NCBI GenBank assembly: GCA_965218795.1
Contig: OZ244653.1
Span: 3,872,001 to 3,936,000, forward strand
Direction: 5' to 3'
DNA length: 64,000 nucleotides
Source of the DNA: a bacterium
Lineage (GTDB): Bacteria; UBA8248; JACPRG01; G963555815
This document shows, in pieces, positions 21,177 to 29,581 of the stretch. Within the stretch, counting starts at the first letter, position 1; every line of letters starts with the position of its first letter. Position numbers and translations under genes: made by a program. The notes under the pieces are model-generated. The model was not told where the DNA came from, searched no databases, and saw only the letters and a list, made by a program, of their open reading frames with translations.

Positions 21177-22073
21177 ATGCCTCGATTACGCCCGGTCTCG
21201 GCCTGGGATACCGGCCTCGTCGATGTGGGCGGGGGATGTTTCGCGTATATCCAGTCGGGGGGGTTGAACGTATCCAACGCCGGGCTGATCACGGGCTCGG
21301 ATTCCTGCATGGCCGTGGACGCGCTCTATGTCCGGTCCATGACCCGGGCGTTTCAGCGCGCCATCCGTCGGGTCACCCGAAAACCCCTGCGCCGGATCGT
21401 CTGCTCCCATCACCATGCCGATCACACCCTCGGCCTTGCCTGGTTTCCGCCCGGTTCGGACGTCATCGCTCACAAGCTCATGCGCGCGGAGATGCTGCGC
21501 GCGGGATTGGATCTGGCGCATTACCGGGAGGTGAATCCGGAGTACGCCGCTGAGCTTCGGGGTCTTGAGCAGCGTCTTCCGGATACGACGTTCGAGGGTT
21601 CCATGACGATTGACCTGGGCGGCCGCAGCGTGGAGCTTCTGCATTTCGGACACGCCCACACCCGGAGCGACCTCCTGGTCCACGTACCGGATCAGCGTTT
21701 GCTTTATACCGGCGATGTGTGCTTCAACTTTGTGACGCCCGCCACCTTTGACGCGGACATCGGCAACTGGATACGGGTGGCCAGGCGCATCCTGACGATG
21801 AGGGTGCGGACCATCGTGCCGGGGCACGGTCCGGTGTGCGACAATCGGGCGCTGCGGGAGATGGTCGGCTATTTCGAGCGGGTCCGGCGGGAGGCGCGCA
21901 AGCGATTTCGAGCCGGGATGACCGCGCGGCGCGCCGCCGCGGATATCCGCTTGGGCGCCTATGAAAACTGGCTGAAGCCGGACCGGCTTCTCCAGACCGT
22001 CATGAAGCTCTATCAGGAGTTCCGGGGCCGTCCCGGGCGGGGGTTATCGCTTCGGGCCGCGCGGGGGGGCTAG
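21177..22073 (+). CDS. Metallo-beta-lactamase fold hydrolase (cyclase-like)
   Basis: SHHHADHTLG, GHAHT, TGD, VPGHG. Confidence 0.9.
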   Translation: MPRLRPVSAWDTGLVDVGGGCFAYIQSGGLNVSNAGLITGSDSCMAVDALYVRSMTRAFQRAIRRVTRKPLRRIVCSHHHADHTLGLAWFPPGSDVIAHKLMRAEMLRAGLDLAHYREVNPEYAAELRGLEQRLPDTTFEGSMTIDLGGRSVELLHFGHAHTRSDLLVHVPDQRLLYTGDVCFNFVTPATFDADIGNWIRVARRILTMRVRTIVPGHGPVCDNRALREMVGYFERVRREARKRFRAGMTARRAAADIRLGAYENWLKPDRLLQTVMKLYQEFRGRPGRGLSLRAARGG

Positions 22074-22299
22074 CGGGAATGCATGCAGCCGCGGAATAGA
22101 AGGGGCCTTATCCGGTGAGTCGTTCCGCGCAGAGTTGCCGGCGGGCTGCCGCATGGACGCAGGACAGCCGGCTTCCGTCGGAAACCGGCATCAATTCCGG
22201 GACGGCATTGGAGGGGGAGCCGTTTCCCGGCGGCGGCTCCAGCGCGCCCCTGCTTCCCTGAAGCCGGACCCGCTCTCCGCGGTCGCCGCTTCTCCTCCC

Positions 22300-22381
22300 C
22301 CGTCCCCCTCCCCACGGGAGGGGGCTCAAAGGTCCTCTCCCTTTCTTTTCCCTCTCCCTTTGGGAGAGGGTTGGGTGAGGG
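22300..22381. repeat. Second REP-like palindrome family (CCCTCTCCC-N-GGGAGAGGG)
   Basis: CCCTCTCCCTTTGGGAGAGGGTTGGGTGAGG at ~22350-22380; a related hairpin lies at ~29375-29412. Confidence 0.55.
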
Positions 22382-22437
22382 CAACCTGGGCGTCCGCGGC
22401 GTCGATCAGGTGATCGGCTGCGGTTCGAGGAACCGAC

Positions 22438-25400
22438 GTGCCCGGCCAGTTATTCACTCATTATTTTCTCGCCGACGGCATAAAGGACACGGACGAGTGG
22501 CGGGAGTCCGCCGGCCGGCCGGAGGCGTTCGCCGCGTTCAGGGACGGTGTTCTTTCCCGTTACGAGGCCCTCCGCGGGTTTCGCGACCCCAACGAAGCCG
22601 TTACCGAGCAGGAGCTGATCCGTCCGGTTCTGGAGCTCCTTGGATGGGCCGACTACCTGCCCCAGCAGGGCGCGGCGCGGAACGAGGACATCCCCGATCA
22701 CCTCCTGTTCCCCGACGCCGGCTCCAAGGAACGCGCCGCCGCGAAACGGAACGCCAGCGATCGCTATCCGGATGCATCGGTGGTCGAGGAGAGCAAGCGG
22801 TTCGGTCTGCCTTTGGACTCCCGCGACAAGAAGGACGAGGCTCCGGCCGGTACGCCCCACGGCCAGATCCTCAGGTATCTGGGGACGGCCGAGACCGTTT
22901 CGGACGGGCGGATTCGATGGGGGATCCTGACCAACGGCCGCGCGTGGCGTCTCTATGACCACCGCGCCCGGCCCCGCGCCGCCGGCTATTTCGAGGCCGA
23001 CCTGGCGGACATCCTCCAGCCCGGCGGGGAAGACGCCCTGCGCGCGTTCCACCTGCTCTTCCGCCGCGAGTCCTTCGCGCCCCGGCAGGGCGCCGCGGCC
23101 ACCTTCCTGGAAGCCGCGATCGCCGAGGGCCGGCGCTACGAGGAGCAGGTCGCGCAGGACCTTTCGGGCGTGGTCTTCGAGCGCGTCTTCCCGCGCCTCG
23201 TGCAGGCCCTTGCGGACGCAACGGAGGAAAGCCTGCCGAAAATCCGGGAAGCCGCCCTGATTTTCCTGTATCGACTGCTCTTCGCGCTCTACGCCGAGGA
23301 CCGGGGCCTGCTGCCCGTCAACGATTCGCGTTACGACGACTACGGCCTGCGGAAGCGGGTGCGGGACGACGTTGCCCGCAGGATGGCGGATCAGGACGTC
23401 TTTTCGACTCACGCCTCCAGCTACTACGACCACCTGATGACGCTCTTCAGGCTCATCGACAAGGGCGACGATTCCATCGGCCTGCCGCCCTACAACGGCG
23501 GCCTGTTCGCGCCCGAAACCGCTGCGCTGCTGGAGAAGGTCCGCCTGGCCGACGCGGAGATCGCCCCAATCGTCTACGACCTGAGCCACAGCAGGGGCCC
23601 GCGCGGGGAGCGCCGCTTCGTCAACTACCGCGACATGTCCGTCCAGCAGCTCGGCTCGATCTACGAGCGCCTCCTGGAGCGCGAGCCGGTCCGCCATGAC
23701 GACGGCGCAATCACCATCCGTCCCAATTCCTCCGCCCGCAGGGACAGCGGCAGCTTCTACACCTCCCAGGAGCTGGTCGACCTCATCGTCGAGCGGACCC
23801 TCAAGCCCTTGGCGGAGGAGCGTCTCGCGGCGTTCGAAGCCGGGGCCGCCGCGCTCAAGAGCGACCGCCGGCCAAAGGCCGAGCGAAAAGCCGAGCTTCT
23901 CGAGCTGGACCCGGCCGAGGCGGTCTTGAACCTGAAGGTCCTGGACCCGGCCATGGGAAGCGGCCACTTCCTGGTCACGGCCGTGGACTTCCTGTCCGAC
24001 TACGTCGCCGATCTGATCGAGTACGTCCCCGCGGTCCCGGATTGGCTCGACGGCGGCTACGCTTCGCCGCTGGTGGAGCGCGCGGCCTCCATTCGCAGAG
24101 ACATCCTCCGGCGGGCCGAGGCGTCGGGCTGGGCGGTGGACGAAGCCCAGCTGACCGACCAGGCCGTCATCCGCCGGATGGTGCTCAAGCGGTGCATCTA
24201 CGGGGTGGACAAGAACCCGCTGACCGTCGAGCTGGCCAAGGTGTCGCTGTGGCTCCACAGCTTCACCGTGGGCGCGCCGCTCTCGTTCCTGGACCATCAC
24301 CTGCGCTGCGGCGACGCTCTGGTCGGCCTCCGGGTGCCGGAGGCGTTGGGCGACTTGCGGCGGCTGGCTGAACTGTTTCTCGGCAGCGCCATCGCCGGGG
24401 CGGAGGCCGCGGCCCAGGGCATGCAGCGCATCGAGGAGATGTCCGACGCCGACGTGGCCGAGGTGCGGGAGTCCGCCGCGCTGTTCCGGGGCGTCGAGGA
24501 CACGACCGCGGACCTGCGCGGCCTGCTCGACTTCCTGTGCGGGCTTCGCTGGCTCGCCGCGGGGATGAACCGGAGAGACCGCGCCGCCTTCGAGACCCCC
24601 CTGCTCGATACCATCGACCGGCAGCCCGAGAGCGCGTACAAACTCCTGGTAAAAGGCCCGGACGCCGTCGGTCCCGAACACCTTGGTGAACAGGACGCCT
24701 CCCGGCGGCGGTTCAAAGAGTTGTGGGATGACGCCAAGTCCATTGCCGACCGCGAGGGCTTCCTGCACTGGGAGGCCGCCTTCCCGGGGGTGTGGCGCGG
24801 GTGGCAGAACGTTCGTCCGGAAGGCGGCTTCGACGCCGTGATCGGCAACCCGCCCTGGGACCGGATCAAGCTTCAGGAGGTGGAGTGGTTCGAGACCCGC
24901 GCTCCCGAGCTCGCCCGCGCACCGACCGCGGCCGCGCGGACCGCCGGCATTCAGCGACTGCGAGACCGGGGAGCGCCCCTGGCCGCCGAGTTCGACGCGG
25001 CCAAGGAGCGGGCGGACAAGCTCGGCCAATTGATTCGCGCGTCCGGCCACTATCCCCTGCTGGGGGGAGGCGACATCAACCTGTATTCGCTGTTCGTGGA
25101 GCGGGCCATGGGCCTGATCAGGCCCGACGGCTTCGTGGGCCTGCTCACGCCGTCCGGCATCTACGCCGACCTGACCGCGGCCCGGTTTTTCAAGTCCGTC
25201 TCCACGGGCGGGCGCGTCGCCGGCCTGTTCGATTTCGAGAACAGGCGTCTTGAAACCGGCCTGCCGCCCTTTTTCCCTGACGTGGATTCAAGGTTCAAGT
25301 TCTGCGCCCTCATCTTCGGCGGCGAGAAAAGGACGTTCGACCGGACCCAGTGCGCCTTCTTCCTCCACGATACCGGCGCCATCAATGACCCGGAGCGCTG

Positions 25401-26181
25401 CTTCCCTCTGTCTCCCGCAGACTTCGCCCGCGTGAACCCGAACACCGGCACCGCTCCGATTTTCCGCGCGCGGCGGGACGCGGAGATCACTCGCCGCATC
25501 TATGAGCGGCATCCGGTGCTGGTGGATCGATCCAGCGGCGAGGAGCGCCGGGCTTGGCCGGTGAAGTACGTGCGCATGTTCGATATGACCAACGACTCCC
25601 ACCTGTTCCGTACCGCGGAGCAGCTCGAAGCCGAGGGCTTCTACTCCGTCGAGGGCAACCGCTGGAAGAAGGGCGAAGAGCTGTACCTGCCGTTATATCA
25701 GGGGCGGATGATCTGGCACTTCGATCATCGAGCCAGCTCTGTAAGGGTCAATCCCGATAACGTGCACAATCCATACCTGAGCGAGGCGGTCACAGAGGCG
25801 CAACATGCGGACCCTGATTTCCTTCCCCAAACGCAGTATTGGGTGCCAGCCCAAGATGTGGAGGAGGCTTTGCCCCAAAGTCGCGGGTACGCGTTGGGGT
25901 TTCGCGATATTACCAATCCTACGAACATGAGAACCATGGTCGCCTCAATAGTTCCTTGGGCCGGTTATGGAAACACAGTCCCTCTACTTGTTGGAGCCGA
26001 TGGCATGGCCGCCACCTGTCTCGTTGCGAATCTGAATGCAATGTGTGTGGACTTCGTTGCTAGACAGAAGGCTCAAGGCACACATCTGAACTGGTACATT
26101 GTCGAACAACAAGTTGCATTGACGATCAGAGGTTCGAGAGGGGTTCTCCAAGCCGGAGAGCCGGGTAGTGTCCTAATTTGA
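22438..26181 (+). CDS. Type IIG (Eco57I-like) fused restriction-modification enzyme, apparently C-terminally truncated
   Basis: Nuclease PD..EESK; MTase motif I VLDPAMGSGHF and motif IV GNPPW. Family-like sequence stops at HLNWYIVEQ (~26109), followed by 23 unrelated residues. Confidence 0.88.
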   Translation: MPGQLFTHYFLADGIKDTDEWRESAGRPEAFAAFRDGVLSRYEALRGFRDPNEAVTEQELIRPVLELLGWADYLPQQGAARNEDIPDHLLFPDAGSKERAAAKRNASDRYPDASVVEESKRFGLPLDSRDKKDEAPAGTPHGQILRYLGTAETVSDGRIRWGILTNGRAWRLYDHRARPRAAGYFEADLADILQPGGEDALRAFHLLFRRESFAPRQGAAATFLEAAIAEGRRYEEQVAQDLSGVVFERVFPRLVQALADATEESLPKIREAALIFLYRLLFALYAEDRGLLPVNDSRYDDYGLRKRVRDDVARRMADQDVFSTHASSYYDHLMTLFRLIDKGDDSIGLPPYNGGLFAPETAALLEKVRLADAEIAPIVYDLSHSRGPRGERRFVNYRDMSVQQLGSIYERLLEREPVRHDDGAITIRPNSSARRDSGSFYTSQELVDLIVERTLKPLAEERLAAFEAGAAALKSDRRPKAERKAELLELDPAEAVLNLKVLDPAMGSGHFLVTAVDFLSDYVADLIEYVPAVPDWLDGGYASPLVERAASIRRDILRRAEASGWAVDEAQLTDQAVIRRMVLKRCIYGVDKNPLTVELAKVSLWLHSFTVGAPLSFLDHHLRCGDALVGLRVPEALGDLRRLAELFLGSAIAGAEAAAQGMQRIEEMSDADVAEVRESAALFRGVEDTTADLRGLLDFLCGLRWLAAGMNRRDRAAFETPLLDTIDRQPESAYKLLVKGPDAVGPEHLGEQDASRRRFKELWDDAKSIADREGFLHWEAAFPGVWRGWQNVRPEGGFDAVIGNPPWDRIKLQEVEWFETRAPELARAPTAAARTAGIQRLRDRGAPLAAEFDAAKERADKLGQLIRASGHYPLLGGGDINLYSLFVERAMGLIRPDGFVGLLTPSGIYADLTAARFFKSVSTGGRVAGLFDFENRRLETGLPPFFPDVDSRFKFCALIFGGEKRTFDRTQCAFFLHDTGAINDPERCFPLSPADFARVNPNTGTAPIFRARRDAEITRRIYERHPVLVDRSSGEERRAWPVKYVRMFDMTNDSHLFRTAEQLEAEGFYSVEGNRWKKGEELYLPLYQGRMIWHFDHRASSVRVNPDNVHNPYLSEAVTEAQHADPDFLPQTQYWVPAQDVEEALPQSRGYALGFRDITNPTNMRTMVASIVPWAGYGNTVPLLVGADGMAATCLVANLNAMCVDFVARQKAQGTHLNWYIVEQQVALTIRGSRGVLQAGEPGSVLI

Positions 26182-26387
26182 AAGAACCAGCCCAGGTTGG
26201 ACCTTACGTTGGATGGGTAATACATTCACCTTTCGGACTCCCTTGATTTCCCGATTGCAAGGATAGTACCGAAGGGTGTAACTTATGACTTAGTGGGACT
26301 ATCGTTTCGGTTCCTCGAATCGGGCGGTGAACTTGGGAACCCTGAGACTTGGCTGAGTGGAAGGGTTTCCATCTTTAAGATTTCGGG

Positions 26388-26458
26388 TGGTGGAGGTGGG
26401 GGGAATCGAACCCCCGGGGCGAGCCTTCCAAACTGCGACCCCGCAACCTGCCACCCCC
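26388..26458 (-). ncRNA. tRNA/tmRNA-TLD-like small RNA lacking a D-stem; candidate C4/CI-type antisense RNA
   Basis: Acceptor stem GGGGGTG/CACCTCC with G3-U70 and ACCA end; T-arm GGGGG-TTCGATT-CCCCC; 9-nt D-replacement loop; long bulged middle arm with loop TTTGGAA. Confidence 0.72.
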
Positions 26459-26501
26459 CTTTATGGACCCCGGAGGCGTTCCCGCTTCCGGGGTTCTTTT
26501 T

Positions 26502-26530
26502 AATTTACGGCCCCGGGAACATCCTGTCAA
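26502..26530 (-). promoter_or_regulatory. Sigma70 promoter driving the tRNA-like RNA
   Basis: Minus strand TTGACA-N17-TAAATT, followed by a leader hairpin (~26466-26496) and then the tRNA-like unit. Confidence 0.7.
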
Positions 26531-26531
26531 T

Positions 26532-26601
26532 ATTTATCTCGTAATTTATCTCGGATAAAACTGAATTATGTCTTGATTATATCAACACTCCGGTATATAT
26601 T
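26532..26601 (+). promoter_or_regulatory. Operator-like repeats and divergent promoter
   Basis: ATTTATCTCG twice (26532-26541, 26544-26553); palindrome TTTATC-TCG-GATAAA (26545-26559); TTGATT-N17-TATATT (26573-26601). Confidence 0.5.
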
Positions 26602-26644
26602 TATTGGAGCTACAGCAGGAATCCAGGCAACAAAAGAGGAGAAC

Positions 26645-27445
26645 ATGACAATGACCGATGAAACCTCAATAGATAACGCCAAAGCAGAGACCACCAAGGG
26701 AAAGCGGGACAGGAGCCCTTCCTATCCGTTTATCTCGCTCAAGGAAGCCCTTGAGAAGGCAAAGAAATTTGCAGGCCAATATAAACGTCATCAAGCCAGA
26801 GTTTCAAATGCTGTGCGCGTTTGGGGCTATTCACCCAAGAGTAGTGGAGGGATTCAAACGATAGCGGCTCTGAAAGCTTTTGGCCTTCTAAAAGTCCAAG
26901 GCAGTGGGGATGACCGCAAGGTTGAACTAACGGCACTTGCATGGCGGATTCTTGAGGCAAATCAGGAATCCACACGGAGAGAGGCAATTTCGGAATCGGC
27001 TCTAAAACCCTCAGTTATCTCAGAATATCGAGGAAAGTGGGGGGCGGAACGACCGCCGGATGCCGAATGCCTAGACCACCTGATTTTTGAGAGGGATTTC
27101 AACAAAGACTCAGCAAGGCGTTTCCTGAAGATATATGATGACACCATTTCCTACGGAAATTTGACTGAATCTGATATATATACACTGGGTGAAGATCAAA
27201 ATAATGGTGGTGAATCTGGTACAGACGATAAACCGCAAACCGTGAAAGAGAGACAGTGGCGAAAGGAATTTGTATGGCCCCTTTCAGATGGAACAACTGC
27301 TGAATTGGTAATTGACGGTGTCCGTCCGGGAATGGATGAGATCGAGATTCTGAAAGCGAACTTTGATGTTGCCAAGAAGGTTCTGGAAAAAATCGCCAAG
27401 CACCCACCAGAAGGTGGGTCGGACGCCGAGGCTCCCCAAGAATGA
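26645..27445 (+). CDS. Hypothetical protein, possible winged-helix DNA-binding N-domain
   Basis: GAGGAG RBS; RSPSYPFISLKEAL..WGYSPKSSGG..IAALKAFGLL pattern; lower GC than the flanks. Confidence 0.65.
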   Translation: MTMTDETSIDNAKAETTKGKRDRSPSYPFISLKEALEKAKKFAGQYKRHQARVSNAVRVWGYSPKSSGGIQTIAALKAFGLLKVQGSGDDRKVELTALAWRILEANQESTRREAISESALKPSVISEYRGKWGAERPPDAECLDHLIFERDFNKDSARRFLKIYDDTISYGNLTESDIYTLGEDQNNGGESGTDDKPQTVKERQWRKEFVWPLSDGTTAELVIDGVRPGMDEIEILKANFDVAKKVLEKIAKHPPEGGSDAEAPQE

Positions 27446-27768
27446 CCGCCGATGTTCTTGTCCGGATGGCCCACGCCCGTCTTATGGGTTTAAAGGAAAG
27501 CCTTGATCAAAGAAAGGCTGCCAATCCCACGACGCTCGCAACCAAGGAATTTATTGATGACTACCATGACATCCTTAAGGATCTTGAAAGTCTCGAAAGT
27601 CCCAAAGTTGAATTGAAAAGATTCAGAATTCCCGACTCTGCGACTCAATCCTATGAGGATTCCATGTGGTGTGACATCGATTTTATGACTTCCAAACTTG
27701 GCGGTTTACTTAACCTATTCACGGTATCCCAGGATAAAACCAAGATCGGTTTCCTCGACCGAGCCTAA
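27442..27768 (+). CDS. Hypothetical protein (108 aa)
   Basis: ATGA overlap with the upstream gene; low GC; ends in KIGF. Confidence 0.6.
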   Translation: MTADVLVRMAHARLMGLKESLDQRKAANPTTLATKEFIDDYHDILKDLESLESPKVELKRFRIPDSATQSYEDSMWCDIDFMTSKLGGLLNLFTVSQDKTKIGFLDRA

Positions 27769-28134
27769 TCGCATAGAAACCGAATTAGAACACTACCGAG
27801 CGCCTTGGATTCGCTCGTCCCCATCGGAACAAAGCAGGCCGCGGACTCGCGATCCTGGCGGGTCCCGACGAGGGCGGGAAGTCCGCCCCCGGCGAATCGC
27901 CGCGCGCGTTCTCAGAACCCGCGGGGCGATTCGAGCGTCAACGAGCGTGAGAGAAACCCCAGGGATTTGTCGATTACCCTGCAAAACAACATGCCAAACA
28001 GTCACCGGATCAACCTTTCACCTTTTCCTTGTCGGATATATAATGAATTGAACATCAATGGGATATGAGCGTTTTTCCATGTCGGATTCTTTGTCAGATA
28101 GATCGTCATGTAATTCGCCGAACAGGGAGCGGAA

Positions 28135-29328
28135 ATGGACTGGAAACGATTCGATTTTGCATACCGTCTGGACAGGTCGGACCACGGGGACGCCTTGCTC
28201 TCCATCGAAACCTCCAAAGGAGTGGCTTTGAATCTGGTCCTTCCTCCCGACTGGAAGGAAAGCCTGGATAAACTCAACCGGATCCGCGCCGTTCATGGCA
28301 CCACGGCCCTGGAAGGAAATCCCCTCTCCGAGGCCGAAGTGTCGCAACAAATGGACATTCAAGAGCAATCCGCAGAACCTTCATATGCCGCTAGGCCCAG
28401 CAGAGAGCAGATTCAGATCAGGAACGCCGGGGCCGCGCAGGCATGGGTCCAAAAACGATTCAAGCCCGGAAGCGACCCCTTCGCGCTTTCCGATATTTTG
28501 CGCATGCACCGAATGATTACGGAGGACGCGGACATAACCGACAATACACCCGGAAAGCCGAGGGCCTTCGGGGTTCAGGTAGGAAGCCCGGAACTGGGGG
28601 GCGTTCACAGAGGCGCGCCGCATGAGCGGTTGCCCGAGCTCATGGGAAAATACATCGAATTTCTGCGATCGGGGAAAATGGCTTCCGAACACCCCGTAAT
28701 CCGGGCATTATTGGCTCATTTTTTCCTGGTGACCATTCACCCGTTCGGCGATGGGAATGGAAGAACGTCCCGGTTGGTGGAAGCCGGAATACTGTTTCAG
28801 GGAGGGTACAACATACACGGGTTTTATGGGTTGTCCAATTATTTCTACCGCCATGACCTCCAATACAAGACCTTGCTTCAGAAATGCCGGGGAAAACAGC
28901 CTTTTGACGTTACGCCGTTCATTGATTTCGGGTTACAGGGATTCGTGGAAGAATTAAAGGGGATCAACAACTTCATCAAGACAAAGCTGAACCGGGTCGT
29001 CTATCGGTCGATGCTGGTCCGCGCTCGCAACCAGAAGGTAGGAGAGCGCCGCCGCCTCGTCAATGAAAGGGAATATAATCTGCTTGATTTTTTGATCTCG
29101 GAAACAGAGCCGCTCGATCCGTTTTCCGAACAGCCCTCAAGGAAAATCACCCTCTCCGAACTGCTGGAAGCGTCATATATCCGGGAGGCCTATAAAAATG
29201 TCACCACGAGAACGTTCGTAAGAGAGTTGTTAAGGCTCTCGGAGTTCGGTTTCATCAAATTTTCAGCGGACGCGGGAACGGAAGATCTGGTTATCGAAAT
29301 GGACTTTGACGCCATAGGCAAATACTGA
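28135..29328 (+). CDS. Fic family protein
   Basis: Canonical HPFGDGNGRTSR; N-terminal GTTALEGN inhibitory-like motif. Confidence 0.92.
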   Translation: MDWKRFDFAYRLDRSDHGDALLSIETSKGVALNLVLPPDWKESLDKLNRIRAVHGTTALEGNPLSEAEVSQQMDIQEQSAEPSYAARPSREQIQIRNAGAAQAWVQKRFKPGSDPFALSDILRMHRMITEDADITDNTPGKPRAFGVQVGSPELGGVHRGAPHERLPELMGKYIEFLRSGKMASEHPVIRALLAHFFLVTIHPFGDGNGRTSRLVEAGILFQGGYNIHGFYGLSNYFYRHDLQYKTLLQKCRGKQPFDVTPFIDFGLQGFVEELKGINNFIKTKLNRVVYRSMLVRARNQKVGERRRLVNEREYNLLDFLISETEPLDPFSEQPSRKITLSELLEASYIREAYKNVTTRTFVRELLRLSEFGFIKFSADAGTEDLVIEMDFDAIGKY

Positions 29329-29581
29329 TTCGACCGCGCTCCGTCTGCCTGCTGCGCAATCCTGCGCCATTATCCCCCCTCTCCCGCGGCCCCTGACGCG
29401 GGGAGAAAGGGTTTGCCCCGCCCGCGCGACGCGGGGTTTTCGCAGAATCCGTTCTCTTGCGCTCAGTGCGTCCACCGCCTTTTCCGCCATGAGGAAGAGG
29501 CGCTTCCCGCCGCTTTGTGAATTGAGTCGGTTTTGACAGAACGGAGAGAATCCTATACAAAATAAGGCTTTGGAGGTTCCC

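Noticed and set aside
22450-25050. Long antisense ORFs (866 aa here; also 53459-56272, 46226-47695, 11378-12724)
   Set aside because: These are shadow frames opposite well-supported GC-rich genes and have no recognisable motifs.
26110-26495. Complete or permuted tmRNA gene, or a standard tRNA-Pro(TGG)
   Set aside because: Both acceptor strands lie within one 71-nt unit, and I found no tag frame ending in ALAA-like residues. There is no D-stem, and the acceptor carries Ala rather than Pro identity.
26466-26501. Hairpin plus T-run as only a plus-strand terminator
   Set aside because: It may terminate plus-strand read-through, but it lies 285 nt past the R-M stop and directly at the start of the minus-strand transcript, so it was not called separately.
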